A DNA stretch of 64,000 nt, taken from a virus (lineage: Duplodnaviria > Heunggongvirae > Uroviricota > Caudoviricetes). The position numbers and the translations under genes were made by a program. This document shows, piece after piece, positions 30,649 through 41,071 of this stretch; position 1 is the stretch's first letter, and each line of letters opens with the position of its first letter. The notes below the pieces were generated by a model. The model searched no databases. It was given only the letters and a program-made list of their open reading frames with translations, and had not been told where the DNA came from. The DNA lies in IMG/VR virus record IMGVR_UViG_2700989507_000006; one strand, given 5' to 3'.

Positions 30649-31464
30649 ATGAGCAAAAACTTTTTTCAATCCGGGGCATTTTTGGGGAATGGACTGTCTC
30701 GTTTCGCTTTGAACTCTGATCCTGTGCAGTTGATGGAGTCTGCCCGAGCAAGCGCCGAACCGACAACAGATCCGGTTATTAATAATAATCCGGAACCGGC
30801 GGCACAGACTAACGATAACGTTCCATCTGCCACGGCTCCTGAGCAAATCCTGGAAGGGAAAGACGGTAAAGAATGGACCGTCGAACAGGCGCACCAGATG
30901 ATTCTGGAGGCTGCAAATCGAAGTGCTATGCAGAATGCGTTGAGTGATGCGGCCGACGCCGTTTTCGCCTGGGCTGATAGCGGTGATCTGACTTTCGACT
31001 CCCTTGATGGTTTCGTTCAGGCTATCGCTGGTATCTCTGATGACGACGACTCCGAAGTTACAGAAGAACAGGACGATGCCTATAACGAAGCATGGGCAAA
31101 TGTTGCTGACTTCCTCGCAGCATGCGGTGTAGATGATGACCTGATCGAAGCACTGGCTGACGATGAAGACGACGACGCAGCTGCTGATGTTGGTGCCTCT
31201 ATCGCTGGTTTAGATAGCGACGACCGTGACGAACTGGAAGCGGCGTTTGTTGTTGCTGGCACTTCTGATGAAATGCTGACTGAAGCATTTAAGAAGGTAG
31301 TTCGTAACGGTGAGATCAAACTCATCCGTAAACGCCTGCGTAAAAAACGTCTGACTGCGGCTCAAAAATCGGCGCTGAAAAAAGCACGCCGTAAAGCCCA
31401 GACCGGCGCGGCAAAACTGGCCCGCAAAAAGTCAATGAAACTGCGCCGTAAGCGCCTCGGCTAA
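30649..31464 (+). CDS. hypothetical protein with acidic body and polybasic C-terminal tail
   Basis: 271 aa; D/E-rich middle, last ~55 aa KKVVRNGEIKLIRKRLRKKRLTAAQKSALKKARRKAQTGAAKLARKKSMKLRRKRLG. Confidence 0.5.
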   Translation: MSKNFFQSGAFLGNGLSRFALNSDPVQLMESARASAEPTTDPVINNNPEPAAQTNDNVPSATAPEQILEGKDGKEWTVEQAHQMILEAANRSAMQNALSDAADAVFAWADSGDLTFDSLDGFVQAIAGISDDDDSEVTEEQDDAYNEAWANVADFLAACGVDDDLIEALADDEDDDAAADVGASIAGLDSDDRDELEAAFVVAGTSDEMLTEAFKKVVRNGEIKLIRKRLRKKRLTAAQKSALKKARRKAQTGAAKLARKKSMKLRRKRLG

Positions 31465-31499
31465 AGGAGGAGGCCGGAGAACTCCGGCCTTTAACTTGA

Positions 31500-32081
31500 A
31501 TGGCACCTATACCTTATGGGGTTTACAGCCAGGCTGACGGTGTATCGCCATTTCTGAAAGTTACTTTAACGAACTCTCAGTACCAGGTTACCGGATATAT
31601 CAGCCAGGGGGCGGCAATGAACATGGCCCAGAATTGGGAAGCACCTTTTACTGGTATGTCCATGGGTTCTGTTGCTGGTGCCTTCAGTGGTTTTGCGCAG
31701 GTTGGTACTGAAACAACGTCTGTTGCTCGTTGGAACAGCTTAATGGTTTGGGAAGGGGGAACACCGCCGACTTTCACGCTGCCAGTAACTTTCATCGCTT
31801 TGTTTGACCCATTCACGGAGGTTTCAGGAGCTATCGCCGCATTGTCAGCGATGATTAGCCCGGAACTCAAAGATGCCAGTATTGGTGGTCGAATCCCGGA
31901 GCGTGTGACGCTAAACATTGGTCGCCGGATCAACATCATTGATGTCGCTATCCAGGACATAAGTTTCGATCTCGATGCGCCCAGGGACAGCAATGGGCAT
32001 TTCCTGAAAAACACCGTCAACCTCCAGTTGACCGGTTCTTCGATATATAACAGCTCCGATATTGTTCGGGCGTTCCAGTAA
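31500..32081 (+). CDS. virion structural protein (tail tube candidate)
   Basis: 193 aa (~21 kDa); position downstream of sheath candidate. Confidence 0.35.
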   Translation: MAPIPYGVYSQADGVSPFLKVTLTNSQYQVTGYISQGAAMNMAQNWEAPFTGMSMGSVAGAFSGFAQVGTETTSVARWNSLMVWEGGTPPTFTLPVTFIALFDPFTEVSGAIAALSAMISPELKDASIGGRIPERVTLNIGRRINIIDVAIQDISFDLDAPRDSNGHFLKNTVNLQLTGSSIYNSSDIVRAFQ

Positions 32082-32092
32082 AAGGATTTTAT

Positions 32093-32602
32093 ATGGGGCA
32101 CAATAACACTAAGGGAAACCGTAAATTTATTAAGGGCCGCTATACTGCCAACGCGGCCAAAGGCGAACGACTGGTATCTTCTGAATTCCAGCTCACTTTT
32201 GCAGGCCATGAAGATATCAGCGTACTGGTTCGCACGTCGCAAATTCCTGAAATGACCCGCGAGGATGTGGAGGACTATGGTCCGAATGGTGTGAAGTTCA
32301 ACCAGCACGGACCAATTCGAAACTCTGGGGAAATCCAGGTCCAGTGCGTGGAGACTATCGAAGGCGATATTCTTCAGTTCATCAAGGATCGCATTGCGGC
32401 GAAGGACTATGTTGATATCACGATGGCTGCTACCCCTGAATCCAAATCTTCCGGGGTTAACGCTGTGACAAAAGCTGCTACAACAATTGAAATGTTGGAC
32501 TGCAAAATCTACAGTGATGCAATCGACTTTAGTACCGAAGATGTGACTGCCGCTGTGCGCCCGTCACTTCGTATCGTCTACAACTGGATTGAGTGGGATT
32601 AA
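32093..32602 (+). CDS. virion structural protein (tail tube or tube-associated candidate)
   Basis: 169 aa; last gene before a strong terminator. Confidence 0.35.
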   Translation: MGHNNTKGNRKFIKGRYTANAAKGERLVSSEFQLTFAGHEDISVLVRTSQIPEMTREDVEDYGPNGVKFNQHGPIRNSGEIQVQCVETIEGDILQFIKDRIAAKDYVDITMAATPESKSSGVNAVTKAATTIEMLDCKIYSDAIDFSTEDVTAAVRPSLRIVYNWIEWD

Positions 32603-32621
32603 GAGTCATCCCTTGTATTTT

Positions 32622-32647
32622 AAAGCTCCTTCGGGAGCTTTTTTTAT
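32622..32647 (+). terminator. intrinsic terminator
   Basis: agctcc-ttcg-ggagct stem-loop followed by ttttttt. Confidence 0.6.
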
Positions 32648-32737
32648 AACTATTTTATATAAACATGCATCGATAACATTGTCTGGAGTTTTATGTTAGA
32701 TTATTAATGTTCTAATAAACTACAATTATTGAGGTAG

Positions 32738-33370
32738 ATGTTTGTGCCTGTACTGTTAAAGGGGGACTCTAAAATGGCTGTGATTCCAATGTCGTACTCC
32801 CCGGGTACTGTCGCTCGTCGATTTTCGATCCTGGACGGAGTTACCATCCAAGGTGTGCTTTACCAGGTTATATGGGATTCCAAAACCCCATTTGCAGCTG
32901 TAATAGAGGCTGCGCCTTCTATTATCGATGGTGATATGCGCCATAAGGTTGTAGCTACTCTTGAACTTCAACGTCGCCCGCAGCTTGAAGGCGTACTGGT
33001 AAGGAAGTTCTGGGAGGATAGCGATGTTGCCCAGATTGAAGGTATCGTGGTTGATGGAACCGTCCGGGATGTCGGTTTAGCTACTTTTGTTTACGAAACC
33101 GTAGCCTCAAAAGCTGGTGTTGTTTTGCTCAGTGATAATGAGCAATACGAAGGTGGAAAAGCTCTTTGGCAACACATCGCCCGTCGCTCTTCCGAGCTAA
33201 AAGTGTTTATCCTTGACACCGATGCCGCTCAGTATTACCCGTTTGACGGCGAACGTGTTTGCTATGACGGGGTAAGTATTCCTGAATCCGAGATATGGAG
33301 TGAACACCCAGATCGAAGTAAGCATGGGGTTGTTCTGGTCGCTGAATCCATAATTGGAAATGCGGCATAG
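32738..33370 (+). CDS. hypothetical protein
   Basis: 210-aa ORF (probable start MAVIPMSY at 32774); isolated between terminator and lytic replicon. Confidence 0.4.
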   Translation: MFVPVLLKGDSKMAVIPMSYSPGTVARRFSILDGVTIQGVLYQVIWDSKTPFAAVIEAAPSIIDGDMRHKVVATLELQRRPQLEGVLVRKFWEDSDVAQIEGIVVDGTVRDVGLATFVYETVASKAGVVLLSDNEQYEGGKALWQHIARRSSELKVFILDTDAAQYYPFDGERVCYDGVSIPESEIWSEHPDRSKHGVVLVAESIIGNAA

Positions 33371-33552
33371 CAGTAAAAAATTCCTTGCTCCTTAAAAGGG
33401 GAGAGGGTTAATCTACGTATGCTAAGCATAGATATGGCCTCAGATTAATGTTAAGCGTCTTGCAGGACGCGTAATGTTATCTGGGGCTTTCTTCTATCTG
33501 CTTTTCGGGTAATGCCTGAAGCAGATAGCCTCAAGCACCCGCAACGATTGTA

Positions 33553-33798
33553 TCAATGTCTGGCTTTTTTTCTATAGAAATCACCTGGAAGGGTGAATAT
33601 CCACATCAGAAGAAATGTTGCAGCAAACATGATCCCTAATGGCCAGACCGCGCCAAAGAAAATCCATACTAAGATCTCCTCTGCTTGTTCTTTGCGGTCG
33701 ATATCGACAAGCATTTTTCGGCTGATCATGTATACACAGAAGCCAATACAAACATATCCTGCAAAAGCGATCGCTAACTGTAAAAAATCAGATTGCAT
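33553..33798 (-). CDS. small two-helix membrane protein downstream of repL
   Basis: Track ORF 33553-33879; from internal ATG ~81 aa with two hydrophobic helices. Confidence 0.4.
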   Translation of the reverse strand: MQSDFLQLAIAFAGYVCIGFCVYMISRKMLVDIDRKEQAEEILVWIFFGAVWPLGIMFAATFLLMWIFTLPGDFYRKKARH

Positions 33799-33848
33799 CT
33801 CCGACCTCAAACTGAAAACGCCAGGTGACTCCAGATTAGAGCAATCTA

Positions 33849-34694
33849 TCACCCTCTGAATCCTGCCGGTATACCCCATTGTTCGTTATCTTTATTTTTG
33901 GCTAAAACCGCATTAAGAGCTTCGTTTACCGTCATGCAATGCGGCAGATTATCGAAGTTTGATACCCCGCCAATATCAGGAGAACGCTTGTTCTTCAGGT
34001 AAGCATATTTCCGCGCTGCCGCCTCTACTTTCTGCTTGAACTCATGTTTTTGAGCGCGTTTTTTGGATAACCGCAGATTGTCAGCCTTTGCTTTTGCCTC
34101 AGCGATCCATGAAGTCAATTTTTTGAGTCTGGTCGTTCCGGCACCGCCGGAAACTGATCTTTTTGTTTTTTTAACTTGTGACTTCTTATTCTTTATTGCC
34201 ACGTCATCCTGACAGGGGGAGGGGGTATCATTTTGACATGGGGGTGTGGATAAAAAATTAAATAAAGCCAATGTCTTAGCGAGAACAGCTTTAACCTTGG
34301 TTGCCGCTGAAGAGATCTTTAATTTGCTTTCAATCAGCGCATTTTTGGCTTGTTGTGCGAAGGCCAAAAAGGATAGTGTAAACCGGTACAGGTTAGCGCG
34401 ACGTTCATGGTGATCGCCGATAACAATCTCTACAGACAGAATTCCTTTGTTTACAGCTTCACGGAATGCACGAACGACGGTTGATTGGCTATAACCAGTT
34501 TCTGCCGCGATCAGGCGGTGAGGCTTGTGAATGAAGTATTCACTGGTTGTTGCCGCTAGATTTGCACATTGCGACAGGATATGCCCGGCGCTACGGGATA
34601 GACCGGAGTGTGTTACAAAGCAGGCCAATTCATAGCCAGAAAAAGTAAAATCGCTCATCGTTATACAGCTCAGGAAAGTGACTTTAGCCAGCAT
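33849..34694 (-). CDS. repL: lytic replicon initiator
   Basis: 281-aa ORF downstream of kilA in same operon; size and context match P1 repL (oriL expected inside the gene). Confidence 0.65.
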   Translation of the reverse strand: MLAKVTFLSCITMSDFTFSGYELACFVTHSGLSRSAGHILSQCANLAATTSEYFIHKPHRLIAAETGYSQSTVVRAFREAVNKGILSVEIVIGDHHERRANLYRFTLSFLAFAQQAKNALIESKLKISSAATKVKAVLAKTLALFNFLSTPPCQNDTPSPCQDDVAIKNKKSQVKKTKRSVSGGAGTTRLKKLTSWIAEAKAKADNLRLSKKRAQKHEFKQKVEAAARKYAYLKNKRSPDIGGVSNFDNLPHCMTVNEALNAVLAKNKDNEQWGIPAGFRG

Positions 34695-34723
34695 TACAAT
34701 GCTGGTGGTTCTTACTACGTCTG

Positions 34724-35524
34724 TTAGCGCGTTGCCGCGACAGGTACCAGCACACCAGCATCAAGCAATCGCTTCATCAGCCACTGCTGACCTTTGCCGG
34801 TTATACGAGTCGTGAAAGAAATCCTGCTTCCATTGCTTGTATCGATCACGGTTTCTTTAAGGGTGAAATACCCACGGGATATGTATTCTTGTTTGGGGAC
34901 GTTCCTGCGTTCACCGGTTGCGATCAGAATTCCGTTATCACGCAACCAGGTGAAGAGATAGTTTTGGCCCAGGCCGAGCACTTTGGCATAGTTGCCGATT
35001 AGAACCCCGCTGGCGGTAGCAACGCGTTCGGCGAATTCGACTTTAGGTGCATCCATAAGCATTTTTTGCTCCAGCCGTTGCTTTTGCTCTGCCAGGTCGG
35101 CAGCCAAACGGAGAGCTTCAGGGAGACTCTGCGGAATAGCAGGTTGTAATCTTCCGGCTCGATAGTCGATAAATGTCTGGTTTACCTTCAGCCGAAACGC
35201 GGGAGAAATCCAGCCTGCGTACTCCACAGCGAGCAATTCATGGGCAAAAGTGCCGCCGCCACGGCCTTCGAACGAAACTATGCAATTCTGCATAGTTTCT
35301 TTTTCAAGCTCTTCGATGAGCTGTTTTGCTGACAGCGTTCTTAGCCATTGAGCTGGCGCTTTATGGGCACCGAGTCCGCTCGCTCTGTGTAGAGCATTAA
35401 GGTTGTAACGGCCAGCGCGGTCGGTCGTAATTTCAACACCACAAATAACGGGCAGAGTGGTTGAAGGATCGACATTTTGATGAAGGTTTGATATATTCAT
35501 ATCCGCATTGAATGTTTGTTGCAT
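34724..35524 (-). CDS. kilA: KilA-N domain protein with KilA-C domain
   Basis: 266 aa; C-terminal ~130 aa alignable with C-terminus of adjacent antirepressor; C1 operator upstream. Confidence 0.7.
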   Translation of the reverse strand: MQQTFNADMNISNLHQNVDPSTTLPVICGVEITTDRAGRYNLNALHRASGLGAHKAPAQWLRTLSAKQLIEELEKETMQNCIVSFEGRGGGTFAHELLAVEYAGWISPAFRLKVNQTFIDYRAGRLQPAIPQSLPEALRLAADLAEQKQRLEQKMLMDAPKVEFAERVATASGVLIGNYAKVLGLGQNYLFTWLRDNGILIATGERRNVPKQEYISRGYFTLKETVIDTSNGSRISFTTRITGKGQQWLMKRLLDAGVLVPVAATR

Positions 35525-35593
35525 TTTTTCTCCAAATTTGCATCAACCTTCAATCACCAGCTCGAAATGGTGATTCTTTGCACTTAGAAAACG

Positions 35594-35610
35594 AAATTTA
35601 TTAGAGCAAA
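35594..35610 (-). promoter_or_regulatory. C1-repressor operator (TTTGCTCTAATAAATTT)
   Basis: 16/17 match; upstream of kilA-repL operon. Confidence 0.6.
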
Positions 35611-35687
35611 TTTCTCTGACTCGATCCAGATCGGGTTGGACGATCTGCTCAGAAACCTGCCAGTTTGCTGGCAGGTTTTTTCTTTTG

Positions 35688-37097
35688 TTAACCTATTGCT
35701 ACTGGTTTTAACAAACCAGCATCAAGTAGCTTGCGAGTTAACCACTGCTGGCCTTTACCCGTTAATTGGGGCGTCAGCCGTATCTGATAGCCATTTTCAT
35801 CATCCAGCACCACTTCTTTCACCGTGAAATACCCGGCGTTGATGTACTGTTGGCGCGGTACGTTTTTGCGCGCACCAAAAGCCATGAGAATGCCGTTCTG
35901 GCGCAACCATGAGAAAAGGGCGTTTTGCTTAAGTCCAACGACCTTTGCAAAGTTCCCGATCAGGATTCCATTAGCCACTGATACCCGATCGGCAAAATCG
36001 ACTTTAGGGGCTGCGGCCACCAGCTGCTGATTTAGCTGGTGGGTTTTCTGTTCCAGTAGCTGCTTTTGTTCAGCCAGCTCGGCAGCCAGGCGCAGAGCTT
36101 CGGGAAGCGTCTGGGGGATTGCGACCGGTTGCTGTTCTTTTTGCCGGAAGTAGCTGTCTTCCAGTTTTTCAAAGAATGCCCACGCTTGCTCTGTGTCTAC
36201 GATCTTAGACATGCGTGCCGCTCCGCGTTCGGTCCAGAGTATTAAGGATCTGGTCTTGGGGGAAATTTGCAGCTCGCTAAAAGATAGTCGCAAACTTTTT
36301 ATCTCATCTCCTTTGATTTTAAAGAAGTGTTTACCCTCTACAAATCGTTCTTCATTGCGATTGTAGTTCTGCTGAATACGAATAGGTGTAGTGCCATACC
36401 CTCTAGCAAGAGTCTCGGTTGTCACGACGCGTACTCCCTGCCATTCCAGAACGGGAATTTCATCAGGCTGATTTTCAACATTTATAGGTTCCAATGACTG
36501 AATCATGGTATGTAGCGAACGGCGGACCGCTTTTGACTCGCGCGCGGCGACTCGCAGGGCTTGTTTGTAGGTCATGGTTATGACAACCATAGGCGTACCA
36601 CCACCTGGCGGCACGGTTGCACTTTTTGTGTAACCGTCCTCACCTTCTAATTCGTCGAGTATTTTTTCGATGAATTTGTTGTTCCGAACCTCTGGTTCCC
36701 CACATAACTTACGCGCTTCATTGACCATCTTTAACAGTGTCTGGCTGTCGATTGTGTCTCCGGTGGTGGGGATGACATTCACGGCTGGTGCTGGCGTTGC
36801 TGAAGCAACAGGTGCTGGTTTTTTAACATTCAAATTATTACTGGTCATTCTATGTGCCTCCTTTCTCATTTCTGCTGCCACCGTTGCGTAACGTAGACGT
36901 CCTTGTTCAATCAAATAATCCCTGATCTCGGCTATCAGTAGCCTGTTGATCACAGCCTTATCTGTTCGGGTATAAAAACGTCTGGTTATCATGAAATAGT
37001 TGGCAATTGCGCCGGGGATCTCCCGTGTCGGCACACAGGCAGTATGCAGGGCGATCGCTTCGGCTATGTCATTACGGGTGACGAGAGGTTTTTTCAT
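35688..37097 (-). CDS. ant: antirepressor (Bro-N/ANT-like plus KilA-C domain)
   Basis: 469-aa ORF; start overlaps icd stop in ATGA; C-terminus paralogous to KilA C-terminus. Confidence 0.7.
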   Translation of the reverse strand: MKKPLVTRNDIAEAIALHTACVPTREIPGAIANYFMITRRFYTRTDKAVINRLLIAEIRDYLIEQGRLRYATVAAEMRKEAHRMTSNNLNVKKPAPVASATPAPAVNVIPTTGDTIDSQTLLKMVNEARKLCGEPEVRNNKFIEKILDELEGEDGYTKSATVPPGGGTPMVVITMTYKQALRVAARESKAVRRSLHTMIQSLEPINVENQPDEIPVLEWQGVRVVTTETLARGYGTTPIRIQQNYNRNEERFVEGKHFFKIKGDEIKSLRLSFSELQISPKTRSLILWTERGAARMSKIVDTEQAWAFFEKLEDSYFRQKEQQPVAIPQTLPEALRLAAELAEQKQLLEQKTHQLNQQLVAAAPKVDFADRVSVANGILIGNFAKVVGLKQNALFSWLRQNGILMAFGARKNVPRQQYINAGYFTVKEVVLDDENGYQIRLTPQLTGKGQQWLTRKLLDAGLLKPVAIG

Positions 37098-37315
37098 AAA
37101 CCCCCCTGAACGTCGGCAGAGAAGGGGAGGTTCCAGTAACTAAGTGAATTGCGCGAGTTAGTTGAAAAACGGGCAGTAAAAATGCAGGGGCCATCAGGCA
37201 ATTGAGAGCGTGCTTCGTCTTCTGTTGCTGCGATAACGAAGTGATAGTGGTGTTTTTTACAGGAATAGAAACGCCAGATGAATTCTTGGCGTGCGCAAGG
37301 ATTGGCATTAACCAT
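37094..37315 (-). CDS. icd: cell-division inhibitor, translationally coupled to ant
   Basis: 73-codon ORF between c4-like RNA and ant; ATGA overlap with ant. Confidence 0.65.
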   Translation of the reverse strand: MVNANPCARQEFIWRFYSCKKHHYHFVIAATEDEARSQLPDGPCIFTARFSTNSRNSLSYWNLPFSADVQGGL

Positions 37316-37365
37316 AGTTACGGCCTCACAATCAGGTTTAACAACCTGCTACCCGCTGCTAAACA

Positions 37366-37442
37366 GGTGGCAGGACGTGACGGGGTTAGCAGACTGGCGA
37401 TTGTGAAACCAGCAGGCCGAAGCCTCCCCATCACGCCCCACC
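37366..37442 (-). ncRNA. c4: c4-type antisense immunity RNA candidate (77 nt)
   Basis: 77-nt segment GGUGGGGCGUGAUGG...GUCACGUCCUGCCACC with complementary ends and internal GGC-UUCG-GCC hairpin; between operator and icd. Confidence 0.45.
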
Positions 37443-37629
37443 ATAATTTGGGCGTAACGCGGTTTTACGGACACAAAAATACCGCAATATAGGATATCTG
37501 CGGCTGTCCGCACAATCATTCAGGCTGCTAAACCCGGTCGCAGAATTTGCTACGACGGCGGAACTATAAGCCTGAACGATTAAAAGGTCAATATGATGCG
37601 AAAAGATAGCATTCGCGACTTAAAAATAC

Positions 37630-37646
37630 AAATTTATTAGAGCATT
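37630..37646 (-). promoter_or_regulatory. C1-repressor operator (AATGCTCTAATAAATTT)
   Basis: 16/17 match; upstream of c4-icd-ant. Confidence 0.6.
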
Positions 37647-37715
37647 ATATGCTTAATAAATACACAATTGGATCTAATAACCTCTTTTTTTTAAAGGCGA
37701 AAATATGTACCCTAA

Positions 37716-38390
37716 ATGAGTTATAAGGCAGGTGAGGTTATAATGAGAAAACTATTACTACCGTTATTATTTATGGCTGGGACTGTTAATGCAGCATCAA
37801 GCGTAAAGGAGATTTGTACCGATTATACGAAATACCTTGGGCACGTTTACGGCTTTGCTGTCAGTCAAGACGAATCCATGCGCAAGAAGTTACTGTCAGA
37901 TATGAAACGCCTTAAACTTTCTGAAGCGATGGTGCAGCAAGAACTGTATAAAGTCGCAACCAACGAAAATGCTAAATATCAATATTCTCGCCTGTTAAAT
38001 CCCGACGCAAACGAGATCAATCGAAGCTCTTTCGATTATATGGTAAAGGCATGCGAAACCGCTCCTGATTTTGCTATCCCTAGCTGGGGTGTGCTGGTGG
38101 CGAGCAATGCCGTTAATAAAGAAGACGTTGGAAGAAACGGCATTGATTCAATCAGAAACGCCCCGGGAATGCGCCATCAAAACGTGCAGGGTACGCTTGA
38201 AGAGCGGGCCAGGGGGCCGGGTACAAACTCCCCAATGGGAAACCTCTCACCAGAGGAATTGCAAGAGTATAACCAACGGATGGAGCAGTATGAGAAAGCG
38301 GCACGCGAACAAATGGAACAACAAAAGAACGGCTCACTTAATACCTTCCAGCAAGGTTTAAAAGCGCTTAATTTACCCTATGAATGGTAA
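37716..38390 (+). CDS. signal-peptide periplasmic protein (superinfection-exclusion Sim-type candidate)
   Basis: 224 aa; signal peptide MRKLLLPLLFMAGTVNAAS; contains PGMRHQNVQGTLEERARGPGT motif also present in the tape-measure/transglycosylase. Confidence 0.5.
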   Translation: MSYKAGEVIMRKLLLPLLFMAGTVNAASSVKEICTDYTKYLGHVYGFAVSQDESMRKKLLSDMKRLKLSEAMVQQELYKVATNENAKYQYSRLLNPDANEINRSSFDYMVKACETAPDFAIPSWGVLVASNAVNKEDVGRNGIDSIRNAPGMRHQNVQGTLEERARGPGTNSPMGNLSPEELQEYNQRMEQYEKAAREQMEQQKNGSLNTFQQGLKALNLPYEW

Positions 38391-38451
38391 ATATATTATG
38401 GATAACCAATTAAAATATTGATAATCGTTAATATCCAAAGGAGATAAATTA

Positions 38452-38928
38452 ATGCGCATCAAACGATTTTTTCTAATTCTTGCTTTGCTTACTCCATTTT
38501 CATCAATGGCAAATGTAAGCAAATGGTCAACCGGCGAGACTCATGGTGTTCGTTCTTATGCTGTTTCCAGCAAAGATAATTATACGCTTACATTTGAGTG
38601 CGATGTTGGATTTAATAATACGGATCCCAATCAAGTAGGAACACGACTACTCACTCTCATGAAAACAGAACCTGGCGGTGAGTCATTTGATGCTAAAAAA
38701 GAACAAATAACGCTGAAAGTTGGTGATGATGAATATCCTATCAGTTCTATCGGTTCCTCTGTGGGTGATAGTTACTGGTATGGTTTTTGGTCAGATACCC
38801 CTGATATGGAAGTTAAAACATTCGATGCATACGTAGACGGAAAAAAAATCGCAACATTTACGCTACGTAAGGCCGCAGAGCTTTTCAACGCGGCACCTGA
38901 AGATGGCTGCCTGAAGCGCGCAAAATGA
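38452..38928 (+). CDS. secreted protein with signal peptide
   Basis: 158 aa; MRIKRFFLILALLTPFSSMANVS signal sequence. Confidence 0.5.
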   Translation: MRIKRFFLILALLTPFSSMANVSKWSTGETHGVRSYAVSSKDNYTLTFECDVGFNNTDPNQVGTRLLTLMKTEPGGESFDAKKEQITLKVGDDEYPISSIGSSVGDSYWYGFWSDTPDMEVKTFDAYVDGKKIATFTLRKAAELFNAAPEDGCLKRAK

Positions 38929-38932
38929 CCTG

Positions 38933-38955
38933 TCACAAATGACTACTCGTAGAAT
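38933..38955 (+). promoter_or_regulatory. late-promoter motif (tcacaaatgactactcg + TAGAAT)
   Basis: Near-identical to motif at 6904-6927; ~30 nt upstream of structural operon leading to sit. Confidence 0.5.
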
Positions 38956-38962
38956 CGGTTAA

Positions 38963-39553
<591 letters not shown>

Positions 39554-39563
39554 GGGGGCTGAT

Positions 39564-40175
39564 ATGGGGCTTAATGTTGCTTCAGTAAAGTCTTATGTAT
39601 CTTCGGCATTAACGACGACATTATTTGGCTCCGGCGTTGGTGAGCGGGAAGTTGGTAAGCTGACGTCAATCATCATGAACAAAATGCTGTTCGCGCAAGG
39701 ATGGCAGTTCTCTGTCGAAGTTGATGGTCTGGAGGGGGCAGACTTCTTTGCTAAAGACATTACCTACCACGATTACAGCATCGAATATGAAACGATTAAA
39801 ATCGGCGGAGGGAATATCCTTCAGCCAACGGAGCGTTCGCCTGGGCAGATAACAATGATGGTCAGGGATACCGTTGATGGCCTCGTTTTGGACTGGTTTA
39901 AGACGGCAAAAGGTCGGGTGATCAATCCGGACGGTACCGGGAATATACCGTCTAAATATTTGCTCAATGTGCGTATTTATCGGTTGCTGTCCTCCGGTTT
40001 AACCAAACTGGAAAATGAGATGACGGTATTCCCGGTCACTACCGGCGATGTCACCTATGCGCGAGATCAGGTTACGGAATTTAAGTCATTCCCAATGACC
40101 TTCGCATTGCACAGCACGTTTAACCAATCCTCAAGTTCTTTAGCTTCCCTTCTGGGCTTTAGTTTTTCTCTTTGA
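39564..40175 (+). CDS. tail tube-like structural protein candidate
   Basis: 203 aa; position two genes upstream of tape-measure-like gene. Confidence 0.35.
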   Translation: MGLNVASVKSYVSSALTTTLFGSGVGEREVGKLTSIIMNKMLFAQGWQFSVEVDGLEGADFFAKDITYHDYSIEYETIKIGGGNILQPTERSPGQITMMVRDTVDGLVLDWFKTAKGRVINPDGTGNIPSKYLLNVRIYRLLSSGLTKLENEMTVFPVTTGDVTYARDQVTEFKSFPMTFALHSTFNQSSSSLASLLGFSFSL

Positions 40176-40189
40176 ATTAAGGAGCAAGG

Positions 40190-41071
40190 ATGCTTTTACC
40201 TCTTTTCCCGCTACCATCGCGGCCAACTGAATTGATCCAGTTCCGTCAGCCAAATATTGCTGATGCGATGCGTTTCAACTCGATAACACCGGAGGAACAA
40301 GAACAACAGACAACGGCGTATTTAAAAGCCTTGCTGGCTGAACCCGCGAAATATGATCCCCTGACATGGACGGCGCAGGACCGGATTACCGCGTTATGGT
40401 GGATATTTACTGGCTCCCGTGAAACACCGGTCGAGACATTCACCTACACCTGTAAACATTGTGGTAAAGAGCATTATTACGATTGCGATATGAATGCTCT
40501 GGCTGAAGATATCCAGGTCCTGGAAGTGGAACCGTTCATTGACGATATTGAGGTGTCTGTAGAGGGCGTGCCTTATCAATGGCGTATCGTGCCGCTTGAT
40601 GGTTGGGCAATGGAAATGCTGGAGATGCGCCGTGCAGCATTGCCACCTGAAGACGACGCGGAATTCAAAGAAGCGATCGTTGATTTGCGTTTTTGGGAAT
40701 TCGCTTATCAGTGTGAACTTTATAACGATGTTAGCGGTACTCGTGAAGAGCAGGCTGAGCGTCGTTATGAAACGATCAAACGGATGGCCATTGATACTGA
40801 ATTTATGAAGCTGGCGGCACACATCCGGCTGGCTCATGAAAAGCTCGAACATGGTTTACCGTGCTACATCGATAAAGGCGAAATGCGTCTTCGTCTCCCG
40901 CCGCACAAATGCCCAAACCAGGATACAAAGGAGTCCACAGAGGGTGCGTATACCCGTCTGTGGGTGCCCTTTCGGGCTACCGACTTCATTCCACAGGTGG
41001 GGATTGAAAAGCTATCAGACCTTAGTGTCCAACCTGGTTTTGTATGGGGGTATACCGATTCAGGACGCTGA
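40190..41071 (+). CDS. hypothetical protein with zinc-ribbon motif (possible tail assembly chaperone)
   Basis: 293 aa; CKHCGKEHYYDCD; overlapping alternative-frame ORF extends to 41141. Confidence 0.5.
   Translation: MLLPLFPLPSRPTELIQFRQPNIADAMRFNSITPEEQEQQTTAYLKALLAEPAKYDPLTWTAQDRITALWWIFTGSRETPVETFTYTCKHCGKEHYYDCDMNALAEDIQVLEVEPFIDDIEVSVEGVPYQWRIVPLDGWAMEMLEMRRAALPPEDDAEFKEAIVDLRFWEFAYQCELYNDVSGTREEQAERRYETIKRMAIDTEFMKLAAHIRLAHEKLEHGLPCYIDKGEMRLRLPPHKCPNQDTKESTEGAYTRLWVPFRATDFIPQVGIEKLSDLSVQPGFVWGYTDSGR

Noticed and set aside
33834-33850. Partial C1-operator-like sequence (ATTGCTCTAATCT)
   Set aside because: Only the first 11 nt match; located at the repL 3' end with no promoter context
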